From NCBI GenBank assembly GCA_002269645.1, contig NIVC01002239.1:1-64000 (forward strand): a stretch of DNA of 64,000 nt. The letters run 5' to 3'. This stretch comes from Macrostomum lignano. Lineage: Eukaryota. The position numbers were made by a program, and so were the translations under genes. Numbering within the stretch: the stretch's first letter is position 1; each line of letters opens with the position of its first letter. Of this stretch, positions 24,647 to 37,798 are shown piece after piece. A model generated the notes under the pieces. The model had not been told where the DNA came from. It searched no databases and saw only the letters and a program-made list of their open reading frames with translations.

Positions 24647-27600
24647 ATCTACAATCGAGAGGTTCGCCCGGAGCCAGACCTGGACAATGCCAACCTCATT
24701 GATGTGTCATTCAACCTGAACAGGCTGGTTAAAGTGGTACGCTCGTAATCGAACTTCTGAAACTCTTGCCTGAATAAGGATCTTACGTAAACCAGATTTT
24801 TAGATTTTTAATAAAGATTTTCTTAGTTTTTTAGCAATCAAAATCCAATATTCTCCTTCTTTTCTGGATTTTCGCTGGAGTTTGGGGTCCTACTTGGGAT
24901 CCAAAGGTCATTGACACACAAGTCATTCATATTCATCGCAAATTCTTTTCATGCTTTTCAGGATTCCGCTGCTCAAGAAATTATGCTCCAGATGTGGTTC
25001 AACTTGGTGAGTCTTCATCCAATAGACTTAGTTGGGTAGGCTCTACAATTCCCTCATGAAGATTTGATCGAGCGCAAAGATCTTCGCCCCAAACCCCGGC
25101 AGGAGTGGACGGACCCTCGGCTGGCCTGGTTGGGAAAATTCAACTCAACTTTCGACAATGTGAGCTCGATATTCGTGCCGGCAGACCTGATCTGGCAGTC
25201 CGATGTCGGCTTCTTCGATCTGTGAGACCCTTCTGCATCATTCTTTAGAGAAACTTTACGAGGAACCTGCTGACTTCATCATTTTTAAACAAATTTCCAA
25301 GGCCCACGGGCAGTGCATTCAGAAGGATGTACTTGGAACACTTTTAAATTATAAAATTATCATCACCTGAAGTCGCTTGATTTAACATTTTCCAATTTTT
25401 GGATATGAAACTTTTTCAATGCATTTTGAAATGCTACTACTCATTTTACGAGTTGTCCTTGTCCGAAATTTAAAGCTTCATTCGCATTCTAGATTGGATT
25501 TCAAGCGAACATCAAGTGAGCGAGTAGTTCTTGTTCTGAAAAACAATGGCATGGTGCAGTACTCAATCGAGGTTCTCACTCTGTCCAAGTGCGAGATGGA
25601 CATGGCCGGGTTTCCCTACGACACGCAGACCTGCACTCAGCAGGTGGGCTCGGCAGTCCAGACAACGGAGACAATCAGGCTCAAGTTGGAAATTCAGAGC
25701 GAGAGGGATACTATAACTACCTATTAGGCTAAGAATACCGACTTCTGCATTCTGAATGTGACAGCGAAACAGACGGTCGATGTTGAGTACGACAAGATCG
25801 ACTTTACTATAAAGATCAAGGTGAGTTCAACTATGAAAAAGAAAGCTAACTATCTGTTCAGTGCCCAACTGGCTGAGAATATTGGCAAGGGAATAAAAGT
25901 ATTATCTAAGCCACGAATCAAAGGGCAGAACTGCAACGCGTTTGACTCTCTCGCGAAAAGTACCTGTCTGGATTCGGTTCCGTGAGCGGTCACACAAATT
26001 TTGTGTTGCTATCCGTATGCGTTCTCAAGGTTTTGTGTCCTGGCTGGCTGTGGGTCAACCGTCATATCGCCTTGATACGGCAGAAATGTTCAAAAAGCCC
26101 CGCTAACGAAGTAACGAATGCACCTCAATTAGTCAAAAGCCAAAAAGAGTAAAATGACAGTAAAAGCACGAAATCTAGCAGCAAAGCGATCGGATTTCAA
26201 TAAAATCTCCTGAAAACTCCTGAAATTTAAAAGCCACTGATGGTAACGCTACAGAAAAATGCTTACTGTGTATTTCAGCGTCGAACCACTTTCTACGTGA
26301 TGAACCTCATCTTGCCCAGCATCCTCCTGCTCGCCATCTCAACTCTGGCCTTCTGCCTGCCGCCAGACTGCGGCGAGCGAATCTCGTTCAGCGTCACCAT
26401 CGTGCTGTCCATGTGCGTGTTCCTGCAGCTCACTAGCAACTACATACCTGCTCAAAGCAATTCCGTGCCTCTACTCAGTGAGTGCAGCTTCAGCACTTTT
26501 TCATTTAGCATCTCTGCTCACTGTCACCCGAATGTAATTTTGCATCAGAATAAAATTTTACCCTGAGCCAAGAGTCCTTTTTGGCAGTAATGTTTAAGCG
26601 CCGAAGGCAGGTGTTTTTTGGGAACTTGACCAGCTGAGCACCCCCATACTATTTACTCCCCTCACTCGAGCCCATCGCCGCGAGCACTTAATTAACCTGA
26701 GACCTGTTTTGCCAGAGAATAAGTACTTCGTTCACAGGCACAGCTACCTTCTGCTTCTCTACCTTCTGAGTGGCTAACTTCCCCTTGACCTCTGCTGTAT
26801 GGCTAACTAACAGCTAATGGCAGCTAAGCAATAATCTCAAAGGTAGTGCCCCAAACTCAATGCCAGGAAACATTACCGAACACCGAATTTCCTTTGCCGC
26901 CAGCCTACTACTGCAGCCTAGCAGTCGGCATGACGATGGTCAATGTTCTAGCGAATGCGTTCGTGTTGAACTGCCACTACCGCCGGCTGACGCAGCCCCG
27001 GGTTTCCAACTGGCTGATCCGCCTGCTGTTCCTCAACCGGTTCGTGGCCCGTCGCAGGCGGCTGTTTGGCATCGATTCGGTGAGCGGCGACGCACTCTGG
27101 CCCAGCAATTGCTAAGCATTGCTGTTGGAATAGCACGGATGTCAAAAGTTCATGGGGAATAGCTCAAATGCTACCCGATCCCTGGGACATTGTCGGGTTT
27201 TTTCAAGCTAGCTATCTGATATGTGCAAAATCTCCTTATAGCGCACTGCATGCGTTTGCTCTAGGCCTATGAAAATGTCAAAAGTGAAATTTTATTTTGC
27301 GTAGGAACTTTAGTTCCAAGAGGGTGCCCGCATGTGCACTGGCTAGCAGTATATATAGTAGATTTGATGTTGTTAGAAATCTACTCTTTGATGGAACAAT
27401 GCGCACGATGTCTCACGTGTGTGCTTTTATAGTTACCTGGACTTTTGGGTACGTAGAAACGGAAAAAGATGATTTTTTTCGCATCAAAGGCCAATAAAGC
27501 GACTTAATTTGTCTATGCTAGTTAATTGTTCCAGTGGAACTCCTCCTCTGGAGGAGAAAGGGGGTGGCAATCCCATCGCCAGAATTCCATTCCCTGAAAT

Positions 27601-28617
27601 CCATCAGCCGAAATCCCATGACTTGAATCTTATCTTTCAAATCGTCTCCAAATCCTCTATAAAACCTTTCAAATCCTTTCAAATACCAAAACTTGTTTTC
27701 CGTGTTCACGAAAACTTTATATTAAATGGCCCAGCTACTTAACAAATCCCAGACCTTTTTGTTTGGAGTTTGAAATTGAACTTTGAGCAGCCGTTAAATA
27801 GATTTCCAACTAAAAGCAGTATCTTTGCACAATCACATGACAAAATGAGAGTTAGAAAGGCTTATAGCCATTTTTTAAACCTAGAATCATAATTACGCAC
27901 GTATTTAAAGAGGTAGACTACACCTTTTCACGTTCAATTTTGAACAAAGTCCAGTTCTAAAAAAACTAGCGGAAATTCAATTCAGACAATTCAGACTGGG
28001 GACAATTTTGTCTATGGCTAAACCTCGCTTCCGTAGCAGAATGTTTTGAACTGGGGTTTGTTGCCCCAGTCTGAATTGTCTGAATTGAATTTCCGCTAGT
28101 TTTTTTAGAACTGGACTTTGTTCAAAATTGAACGTGAAAAGGTGTAGTATTGTTGCATGCACTAGGATCACCCGAAACAGTGAAAACCCGACATGGTAAA
28201 TAAAGCCAGACGGCCCAACTCAGGCTTCAATCGTTTTGTTTGAGCAATCTCACGCTAGTTAACCAAACAATTTCGTTTCAAGTACATGTACTTTTCAGAC
28301 GAGTTGATGCCTCAGTCCTCTTTACTGATTTTCAGCGCACCAGAAAGGCCGTCAACGCTCTGGATGGCAGAGCGGAGGGCTGTCAGAAACCTCCGGGCGA
28401 GTCAGCTGAAGGCAAGGACTCGCCATTGCCGGATGCCGCTCCCAGAAGGCTCGACTCGGCTTTCCTGCATTGTCATGACAACGATTGGGATGTTGTAGTC
28501 TCAGTCACGGACACTGTTTTCTTTCTGCTGTATTTTTTCTTGACCACGGCCATCATCGTGACTCTGGTGATAATCGAGACCAGGAACTCCAAGGTGAACT
28601 GCATCACTGGTGACTGA
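24536..28617 (+). pseudogene. Cys-loop ligand-gated ion channel subunit, gene A (7 exons, a single in-frame TAG at 25725-25727)
   Basis: Exons 24536-24736, 24962-25006, 25103-25221, 25493-25820, 26279-26477, 26904-27079 and 28336-28617. Signal peptide, YNREVRP, WTDPRLAW, Cys-loop CEMDMAGFPYDTQTC, M1-M2 FCLPPDCGERISFSVTIVLSMCVFLQ, M3 and M4. The TAG sits where paralogs have Leu; otherwise the frame is intact. Confidence 0.85.
27917..28148. mobile_element. MITE-like hairpin element (85-bp inverted arms, 62-bp loop) in gene A intron 6
   Basis: 27917-28001 is the reverse complement of 28064-28148; termini acTACACC...GGTGTAgt. Confidence 0.8.
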
Positions 28618-28828
28618 CGTGGGGCAACTTCTCCGACGAGACAATAGAGAAACTAATGACTGACTGATGGAATGAATATTTAAGTTTGATCTATAAGTTT
28701 GTCTTCGTTTTGCAGTGCAGGAGAGAAATTCAGAAATCACTGGCGAACCTGATTACGAATATAAAGAAGATTCGTACATTGCCTATGAGCGTATAGAAAA
28801 GGTTATAGTGTAAAGATGCTTTCGAGCT

Positions 28829-29181
28829 ATTTTTATTAGATGCAGGGGGCTGTGTGCACCCTGGCGCACTTTAAGCGACATTGTCACACAACCGGCGTGA
28901 GGCATTGCTGCCCATTCCGCCGACTCCCCTGAGCAGGCACACAAGCGCGAATACCTACGCAGTCATACGCACAGGCACACACTCACACAGGAGTTTACAG
29001 CGGCCCTGACTTTATTATCGTTAGGCATGTACACTTCATTGTGCCTTAGAGGTTGGCCCTCAAGGCCGGTTAATTGCACGTGCAGAGCCAAGCCGAGATT
29101 CCAATTTAGCCCCAAATGAATGTGACTGCACTTGGAATCGAGAATGGGCCGCTGGCACATCAGAGCGCCGCGGTCGTCCCC
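28829..29181 (-). mobile_element. tRNA-derived SINE, copy 1 (head partly deleted)
   Basis: Homologous to 41492-41854 and 31938-32243; B-box-like TTCTCGATTCC on the - strand; imperfect flanking repeats TGCTTTCGAGCT / TGCTTACGAGCT. Confidence 0.75.
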
Positions 29182-30756
29182 TGCTTACGAGCTTACGAGT
29201 GTCCTGCAGTAGTAACGGAGACAACCTTCATTTTTGGTTCGACCCGAGCGTCTTTGAGCTCTAAGCTACTTTATTTGATTTCGCTGGCCAGCAACACGAA
29301 AGTATAAATCGGTTGCTTGGGTGAGAAATTAGTTTTAAAAAAGAGGAAAAAAATGTGTATTTCTGAGGGCTAGACATGCTAAATTTGGTGTCAGGGGCGG
29401 GCTGGGGGTTAGGGATGATCGCAATGTAGGTAGCGACCTACTCAAACTGACAAGGAAGGATACAACATCATAAGTTTGAACAGCTAAATGTAGGCATTTC
29501 GGTTGTTGGTTCGTCGCAAAGGGACATTTGGCACCGCCGGAAACATTTTTTAATGTATTCATTCATTGTTAACTTCCGGTTAGCAACCAGCCCTCACAAT
29601 GCTTCCAATTCCCCCGACGAGTCGGTCCGGAAAATGCTCATGGTTTGGACGAGTATCAAGGCAAATCTGAAAGTAGCTTTATGTCGGACCTGGACGGAAA
29701 TTGACTGAACTGATTTATTTAGTTTAACTGAGTGGACAGTAGTTGTCATGAAAGGGCATTCAGGACAGAATTTCCACTGCCTCCGTAATCCCATTAACTT
29801 TATCTGTATTGTTCCTAATACCTTGGTTGAACAGTTTGAAAATCTTCCAAACATACATCTACCAATGAATCAATTTAAGGACAAAATGTTCCCAGTTGTT
29901 TTACTAGATTCCTATTCCTAGCTCGAGCCTAACTACAAATTCAAGTACCAGTGCAAGATGAAATGTACCCAGAATGTACGCAAATGTACGAATGTACCGA
30001 AGCCCACCACGGAATGAATTGCTTGAATTTACCACTCCTCTCTCTGCGTCTGATTATTTTGAAGACAGAGCAGCTATCCAGTGAAATTGTACGATTGAAG
30101 GCAGCTGAGGAAAAAACTCCTTTTGCATCAGTTGTCATGGCAACGAGAGGGTCATAGTTGCTGGTACAACGGAAAAGTTCTTCTTTGTCGTGTTCAGAAA
30201 CTCATACATGTTGTTCAAGAGCAAATACAAAATTTGAGTCTTTCGACAAACGTAGCCGAAGAAATCAGGTGAGAATGCATAGGTAGGGACACACTTTAAT
30301 GTTAAAAAAGTTACAATTCATATTTCTATAGAGCCGTATCAGACTTGTTAAAGCCTCGCTGTTTGCTATCGTCCTTGAGAAACGGAGGCTGTAGAGAACT
30401 AGGCAAATACCGCTTGTAGCAGACAGGCTCACTGACATTGTCAGTAAATAAATGGGAAATAAATACGATTGAAGCCCTGTCGAAGCCCTTCGTCAGCATT
30501 TCGACCAAATATCGGAGCGCTCCATCAATCGATAGGCCTAGAGTTGAGATCTACGCGGCTCATGGACCTTCGGCTTCCAGGCAAATAATATCTTTTTATC
30601 TCCCATATCCTAAGTCTAAGTCTAAGAGAGTGCTTGAAAATGTGGCTAATCTTGATCTCAAGACAATCTTGATGTCTGGAACACTATCCGCCAAGCAAAA
30701 TTTGTACTTGCACAGTGTAAATATATGCCAAGAGCAACTGTGGTTGTTGATTGCAT

Positions 30757-31230
30757 TAAAACTCTCCTCTGACGGCAACGGCATCTCCGGCGGCAGCCTC
30801 AGATCGTTTGGCAGCGGCGGCGCGTTGCCTGACCGCCTGAGGGTGGCGTTGTTCCAGGCGGTGATCGAGACCGTCCTGTTGTACAACGCCGAGACCAATG
30901 CGGCACTCTATCACCGCACCGACCTGTTCCGTCCCAGCGAACTGTTGCGCCATCGGCGACTCCAGCTGGCAGGCCATCATCCGAGCCGAGACGTGCTACC
31001 CACAGCCGGTGCAGGAGGTGCTGCTGCTGACGCTGCAGACACCCTACTATCGGCGGGGACAGGTGCGCACTCGGCGCTTTGTTGACTGCCTGCTGTCTGA
31101 TGCCGGCGCCCCGGACACTGCCGGCGGTGCGGCCTACGTTCACGCCCAGGCCCTGAAACGCGACCTGTGACATTGTCCCACACTTTACTGGCTGACAACG
31201 TATTTTGTTATTATAGTTGTTGTTGTTGAG
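30757..31230 (+). mobile_element. 5'-truncated non-LTR retrotransposon (RTE-like) 3' end with an internal deletion
   Basis: LPDRLRVALFQAVIETVLLYNAET...NAALY..RPSELLRHRRLQLAGH, then IRAETCYPQPVQEVLLLTLQ in another frame, resembles the post-RT C-terminus of RTE-clade LINEs; ends in a (GTT)n tail. Confidence 0.7.
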
Positions 31231-31534
31231 AGCATTGTAATTCAGGTTTATCTCGCTCGTGACCTTGCAAAGAAAGGTCTGACAGACAATTTGTGTTGAT
31301 TCCAGCCTCTTTTTGGCCTTGTTTCTCAAGTAGCATCCGTACTTTAACGGCTATAGTCACATTGTTTGAAGAAGGCAAGCAGGAGTGACAGCAAAGAGAG
31401 ACCCAATGAGATCCCTTCAGACAGTGTAAGTGGGCCGCATCCTTGAAGCAGATAGTTATTCACGAAATAGTTTCTCCAACACCTTGGCTGCCAGCCAGAA
31501 CTGAACAGAATATAGCGAACTGTGACTCACTAGC

Positions 31535-33207
31535 ATGCTGTGGGCTGCACTATCAAGCTTCATCGCTCTCTTGCTCTGCCGTGCCGCAGCGGCAGCGGCT
31601 GCCTCGGCTTCTCCAGACGAGGCCTTGGAATTGGCGCTGAAACTGAAATCCGCCTACAACAAGGACGCCAGGCCGCCACCTGACAACGGTTCGGCAAACT
31701 TGGTGACCGTCTTTTTCAACCTGAATAATTTGGTTCGAGTGGTGAGCCTCCAATTTTAATGTGTTTGTGAGCCGATATCATTGCTCTGAGCATGCAGTCT
31801 AGCTTGGATCTTTCCAACCCGCAGGACTCGGCAGCGCAGGAGATCATGCTGCAGGTCTGGTTCAGCCTGGTGAGACTTCTTGTTATTCGATGCGCAGCAA
31901 TCTCGTAATAAAGTCGAAAAATGTCTTATTAAGATTTGGGGGCCGTAGCCTAGTGGGTCTAGCGCGGTGCTCTTATGTGCCAGCGGCCCAGGCTCGATTC
32001 CTGTGCGTATGAATGCGAACGTATCCGCGCGCTTGTGTGCCAAGGATCACTGTAGTGTACAGGACGAAAAATTCAAAGATTGCGTAATTTTAGGGGGTGC
32101 TACAGTGGTCCTTGTTGTGTGCCTGCTCAGAGGAGTCGGCGGAATGGGCAGTAATGCCTCTCGCCGGTTGTGTGACAATGTTCACCTGAAGTGCGCCAGG
32201 GTGCACACAGCCCCGAGTCCCTGCCTCTAACTAAAAAACTAAACTTATAAAGATTTCATCTACGTCGGATGATACGCGACCATTTCATAGGTTAAGTGTA
32301 TTAAAGCTCACAGCAGTAAAATTTACCAACACACAAATGTCTCAAGCAACTAGCATTTTTAAAGAAACAACGAGGCTTTGGATGGACGCCTATCTGCAAC
32401 TGTCAAGTATTTACGCTTTTTTCCTTCCCAGTTTTCCACAATATCCGAATCTGCATGATAAGAGTTAAAAAGTAACAAATACAAGAGTTAAGACACTCAT
32501 AGATAGCAACAACCTTCTAACTAAGAGACGATACTTGGGTAAGTGCATTAGCGCTTCCAGCGTATGTAAAAACTATCGATTTTTTCGAATAAATATCTCA
32601 TGAAAGACAATTCAATGGGTTTGCATGGCATCACGGAAGCTTGTTTACGTACTCGTACGTGCCAACACTATTCCCTGCAGTACTGGTTTGACAGCCGCTT
32701 GGCCTGGAAAGGAAAATTCAACTCCAGCTTTGACAACGTGAGCTCCATTTTCGTGCCAGCCGACCTGCTCTGGCAACCCGACGTGGCCTTTTATGACCTG
32801 TAAGTTCGTCCGTACGAACGATTGATGGCACTGATAAAGGTAGAGAAGTCACTTGTAGATCACAGACACTATAGTACCTGGATAGGCCACTCAGTACATT
32901 TGAGTATAAACTTTGAGTTGAGTATGAGATAATTAGAAGCACTTAAATGTAGTTTAGGTCAAGACTCACCCCTAGCCTCTCTCAATCTTCCGACCGCGTC
33001 TTTACACGCTTATTTACGTTTTCATTTTTTTGTCATTTTACGATATCTTTTATTTTCTATGCTTCCTAAATATAAGATATATAATATATAGTATAATTGA
33101 TTACACCTGCCACAATAGGCAGATGTGCAACTGACTGCTCAGCTATTTTCAGTCATTGCTATCTGAAGGCGCGTACGGCTATTCAGTCCAAGGAAATGGG
33201 AGGGTCG

Positions 33208-33252
<45 letters not shown>

Positions 33253-35430
33253 AATAATCAGAAAGGACTTTCTTAAGCTCATTAGCATCGTAATGAACAA
33301 TGCATTCTAGTCTGGACCTGCGTCGAACATCCAGCGAAAAGATCGTGTTGGTTGTCAAAAGCGACGGCCTGGTGCAGTACACATCGGAGCTGCTCACCCA
33401 TTCCAAGTGCGAAATGAATATGGCTGAGTTTCCTTACGACACGCAGAGCTGTCACCAGCGGGTGTCCTCGGTGGTGCACACGAACGAGACAATCGCGTTG
33501 CGCATTAGGGAATCGAAACCCGGGGACTCGCTGACGGACTTTCTGGTCAAAAATATCGACTTCTGCATTGTGAATGTCAGTACTGCTAAGTCCATTGACG
33601 TGATCTACGATTTTGTGGAGCTCCGTGTTGATATCAAGGTTCGGTCCCAGTTAGAGGTTACATTTGCCCATGAATGCTTGTTTGATGCGGTCCGTTGGTG
33701 ATAGATGTCTTTAATGGTGGATGTCTTTGTGATGGATGTCTTTGTGATGGATGTCTTTGTGATGGATGTCTCTGTGATGGATGTCTCTGTGATGGATGTC
33801 CTTGTGATGGATGTCCTTGTGATGGATGTCTTTGTGATGGATGTCTTTGTGATGGATGTCTTTGTGATGGATGTCTTTGTGATGGATGTCTCTGTGATGG
33901 ATGTCTTTGTGATGGATGTCTTTGATGCATGGATGCCTTTGTGATGGATTTCTTTGATGCATGGATGCCTTTGTGATGGATGTCTCTGTGATGGATGTCT
34001 TTGTGATGGATTTCTTTGATGCATAACAAGAGGCTGATGGAGTGATCATGCATGCAGATATTTAGATAGCATAGCACTGTACTAGAGCATCTGTGGGCTA
34101 GCGAAAAGATGTCACATAATGTAGGACTTACTGAGAATTCCAGAATTTTCCATATCTAGCTCAAGGTTAAAATTTTAATGAGAATAATTTTGCATTCATT
34201 CTTAACTCCCGAAAATTATTGACAGCGGAAAACTACGTTCTACATGATGAACCTAATTCTGCCCAGCTTCCTACTGCTCGCCATCTCAACTCTGGCCTTC
34301 TGTCTCCCACCGGAATGTGGAGAGAGATTGTCCCTGAGCATCACCATCGTGCTGTCCATGTGCGTGTTTCTGCAGCTGACTGGAAACTTCACGCCAACAC
34401 AGGGAGACTCGGTGCCTCTTCTAAGTGAGTTCTTCGTTTTGCCGCAGTAGAAATGTGTCAAGTGTCATGGGGCTCATGGAGGGCTCATAGGGCAGTTGCT
34501 AAGATTTCAAAGGCTCATAGGGAACTGCAGGAATTCTTGGGCTCATGGAGAATCGATGAAATGCCACGGTTCATGGGGGGAATTGCTGAAATTCTGTGGC
34601 TCATGTGTTCAGATGCTTTGAGCCAAAGCCCATAGGGGATCTGATCTTTTAGGCTAGATATTCAGGGCGGATGCTTTTTTGGTTCTAACATCATTTTCCT
34701 TAAAAGATTGACAATAGTGACTGTACAAGGTTAAAAGCCACACGTAGTTTATTCAAAAAAAGATTCTTTCCTTTGTTGCCTCCCCAACGGGGGGGGGGCA
34801 GACGAAATTGCTAGTTGCAGTCTAAATCTTCTTAAAGAACAGCAGCAGAAAGTGTGTTGCTATTAGAAGAAATTGCTTGCAACATTGCAGCCTGGTACTT
34901 CAGCCTCGCGGTGCTTCTGACCATGGCTAACCTGGTTGCCAATGCCTTCGTTCTGAGCTGCCACTTTGAGCAGTTTTCTGAGAACGCTCGAGTCCCCGGC
35001 AGTCTCACTCGGCTGCTGTTTCTCAATAGGCTCTTCTGCGGCCATCCGTCTCGTCGAGAATCTCCGTCGGCACGAAATTCCAATGTGGTGATCGAGCCAA
35101 CTGCTGCTGAAGTGCGTGACCAACAATCATTTACTGTGGATTGTTGATTAGCTTTTGCACAGGTGCATGCATTCACATATTTCATTCCAACTCTAGAACA
35201 CGTCCTCCGACGGAACAGAACTTCGCGTCATCTCTCGGTTAGGAAAAGCCGAATCTGAAACAACGATGCAACCCCCAAGTTTCAAAAGTGACTGGAGCGC
35301 CGTTGTGACCGCCGCTGACCGCTGCTTTTTTGCCTTCTTCTTCTCGTTGACAATGTCGCTAGCGCTGGCGATTGCGATTCTGGATGCCATGAACTCCAAG
35401 ACCAGCTGCATCGTGGGCAAGAATAATTAA
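31535..35430 (+). CDS. Cys-loop ligand-gated ion channel subunit, gene B (7 exons, apparently intact)
   Basis: Exons 31535-31741, 31825-31869, 32681-32799, 33311-33638, 34226-34424, 34891-~35111 (donor uncertain) and 35197-35430. Internal exon sizes 45/119/328/199 match gene A. Motifs WQPDV, CEMNMAEFPYDTQSC, PPECGERLSLSITIVLSMCVFLQ, and M4 DRCFFAFFFSL. Confidence 0.88.
31938..32243 (+). mobile_element. tRNA-derived SINE, copy 2, in gene B intron 2
   Basis: A-box TAGCCTAGTGG, B-box GGCTCGATTCC, A-rich tail, and TSD-like CTTATTAAGATTT (31925-31937) / CTTATAAAGATTT (32244-32256). Confidence 0.8.
33715..34020. repeat. 15-bp minisatellite (GATGGATGTCTTTGT) in gene B intron 4
   Basis: Directly visible. 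Confidence 0.93.
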
Positions 35431-36244
35431 GAAACTATGGTTCTTGCTAACAAATAGTTTGTTGACTGTCCTCTGAGTCCAGGGTTACTGTCGAATTCAA
35501 TCAAGGATGTTGATTGAATGGTAATAGTTTCTGCCTAAATAATAAGTCCGGCTCCGGGAATAAAAAAGCCACTTTTTGACTCGACAGCTTTGAAAATGTC
35601 TTGGCTAAACATTCTGCTCATTTTTCAGACAGATTACCGCATCAGATATTCTTATCAGTGAAAAGCTCTAAAGTATGATTTTCAAAAGACTGTTGAAGTC
35701 GCAGTTAGTAGTAGACGTGTGGTTTTGCACACTTTGTTCTTTCTACTGAAGCCGAGAGCATAGAGTAGAGCGTAACCATGGAAATGGACTTGCTAAACAT
35801 GTTAGATGGACACTCTATGTGATAGGAGCAGAGAGAGAAGATCAATATTTGAACACTCAAAAGCCTGGAAAACAGTTTCTCTTTTCATACATGCAGTTAT
35901 GTTGGCCTCACGCCAATAGTTGGCTTGATCGATACGTGGGTCAGGTTTCTCGCGTGAGCACTATACGATAAGCAGAGCCGTGAATAAAATAGAGTCCCAG
36001 CCATTGTCTTTCACTCCTGGCTAATTCTCGCTCAGCGCGTTAAATTGATTTGTTTCTGCTAGAATTGATCTTAATTTAATTGAGACCCAATTGGCTACTA
36101 GTGCTCTTAACCTTGCAACATCGACGGGAAAAGCCTATCACGATCGGGTCTAAGTTGACAGGAAAGATGCATAGAACGAGTGACGTTAAACCCAGAGTGT
36201 CTACACAAACATACGCTCGTAGCAGCTCAGTCAGACTGAAAACA

Positions 36245-37798
36245 ATGTCATACCAGACTCCCCAAGGCTTCATCGTTGCCATTCTGTACTTTGTATCCTT
36301 CACTGCCGCTGAGACCTCGCCTGACGAAGCTCTGTCATTGGCACTGGGCTTGAAGACCAGCTACAACAAGGACGCGCGTCCTCCGCCCGATGCTGGCTCA
36401 GCGAATCAAATCGGCGTTTTCTTTAACCTGAACAGCCTCGCCAGAGTGGTGAGACTGATCGTTTTTAATCGTCCTTCATCGGCATAATTGGTTATAGCTA
36501 CCTGTAGTTACAGCCAAAAATCAAGGCACACCCCATGGGGTACATCAGCCCCGATTTACTCATTGGCAAGCATGCATAGCACACTCTGCGCCTTGGATGC
36601 TGTGAATCGCACGACAGGCTCCTGCAGGCCAATTTTTCTGTACGGACCGCAAATGATCGCGCGACTGTCTGTAAGACACAACAAAATTGTATCCAAGACC
36701 ATTGATGACCGATTTTACTGCCCACAGAACTCAGCGACAGGGGAGATGACTCTGCAAGTCTGGTTTAATTTGGTATGACTAATTTGCAATTAATAAGTTT
36801 CTGTTAAACTTTCCCACCCCGAAGTTGCAGCAGACGTACACATAAAGTGGCCAAGGTAAACTCAACAATTCTGGGTAATTAGAGAAAATTGGAATAAATG
36901 CTCCTCTAGTTTGGAGTTCCGACGGACCTCCAGCGACAACATTGTTCTAGTTGTCGAAAACAACGGCTGGGTGTCACACACTGCGGAGTTTCTGACCCAG
37001 TCCAAGTGCGCAATGAATATGGCTAGCTTTCCCTACGACACGCAGAGCTGTCGACAGCTCGTGTCCTCAGTGGTGCACTCAAATGACACCGTTAAGCTGT
37101 TCATTCGTCCAACAAAATCAGCGGACTCGCTGACAACCTACCTGGATAGGAACAATGATTTCTGCATTGTCAACGTCAGCACAGCCAAGTCAGTAGATGT
37201 GCAATACGAATATGTTGAGCTCCGCGTTGCTATGAAGGTTTTGTGCTCAGGTTCTTCTCGATTGGTATTTTATGCTGACATTAGATTGTCAATACAATCA
37301 TATCATATACAATCATATATGTTTCTCAATGGATTCGTCTGCGGGCGCCGATTTCGTCGAGAGCCGTCCGGAAGTCAAACTTTTGACAGTGTCGCGCAAC
37401 GAAGCTCCATCGGAGTAAGTGTTCGTTTACTGCTAGTGCCGCTCTATCAGGAGAAGCAAAATCAAATACGCTCATATGTCACGGTCCCACAGGTCAGTGA
37501 TGCTGACAGCAAAGAAATGAGCGATATCTCGTCGCGACGAACCGTCAACTTCGACTCGCAGTTGGAGCAGCCTTCGCGTTGCCGGGCCACTGATGTCAAC
37601 AGCTGGAGCGCTGTCGTGGCCACTGCTGAACGCTGCTTTTTCGCGATCTTTTTCGGCCTGACGCTGGCTTTGGCGCTGACGCTGGCGATCCTGGGGAGGC
37701 AGCGAACTCCCAGACCGTCTGCATCACTGGCAGAGAGAAGTAGCCGGCCAAGGGACGTCTGGGTTTCTAAAATGCAGTGTCTGATAAAACTGGAGTAG
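36245..37798 (+). pseudogene. Cys-loop channel paralog C, internally deleted
   Basis: Has exon 1 (36245-36448), exon 2 (36728-36772) and exon 4 (36910-37237, 328 nt, Cys-loop CAMNMASFPYDTQSC). Exon 3, exon 5 and the 5' part of exon 6 (M1-M3) are absent. The exon 6 tail (MFLNGFVCGRRFRRE) and the M4 exon remain, with a frameshift after M4. Confidence 0.8.

Noticed and set aside
31938-32010. Possible tRNA gene (also 41787-41853 on the - strand)
   Set aside because: A and B boxes are present but the acceptor stem does not pair, and it continues into a shared body and tail with TSDs: a SINE head.
33605-34077. SITKT/HPSQR/DGCLC repeat ORFs
   Set aside because: 15-bp intronic minisatellite in gene B.
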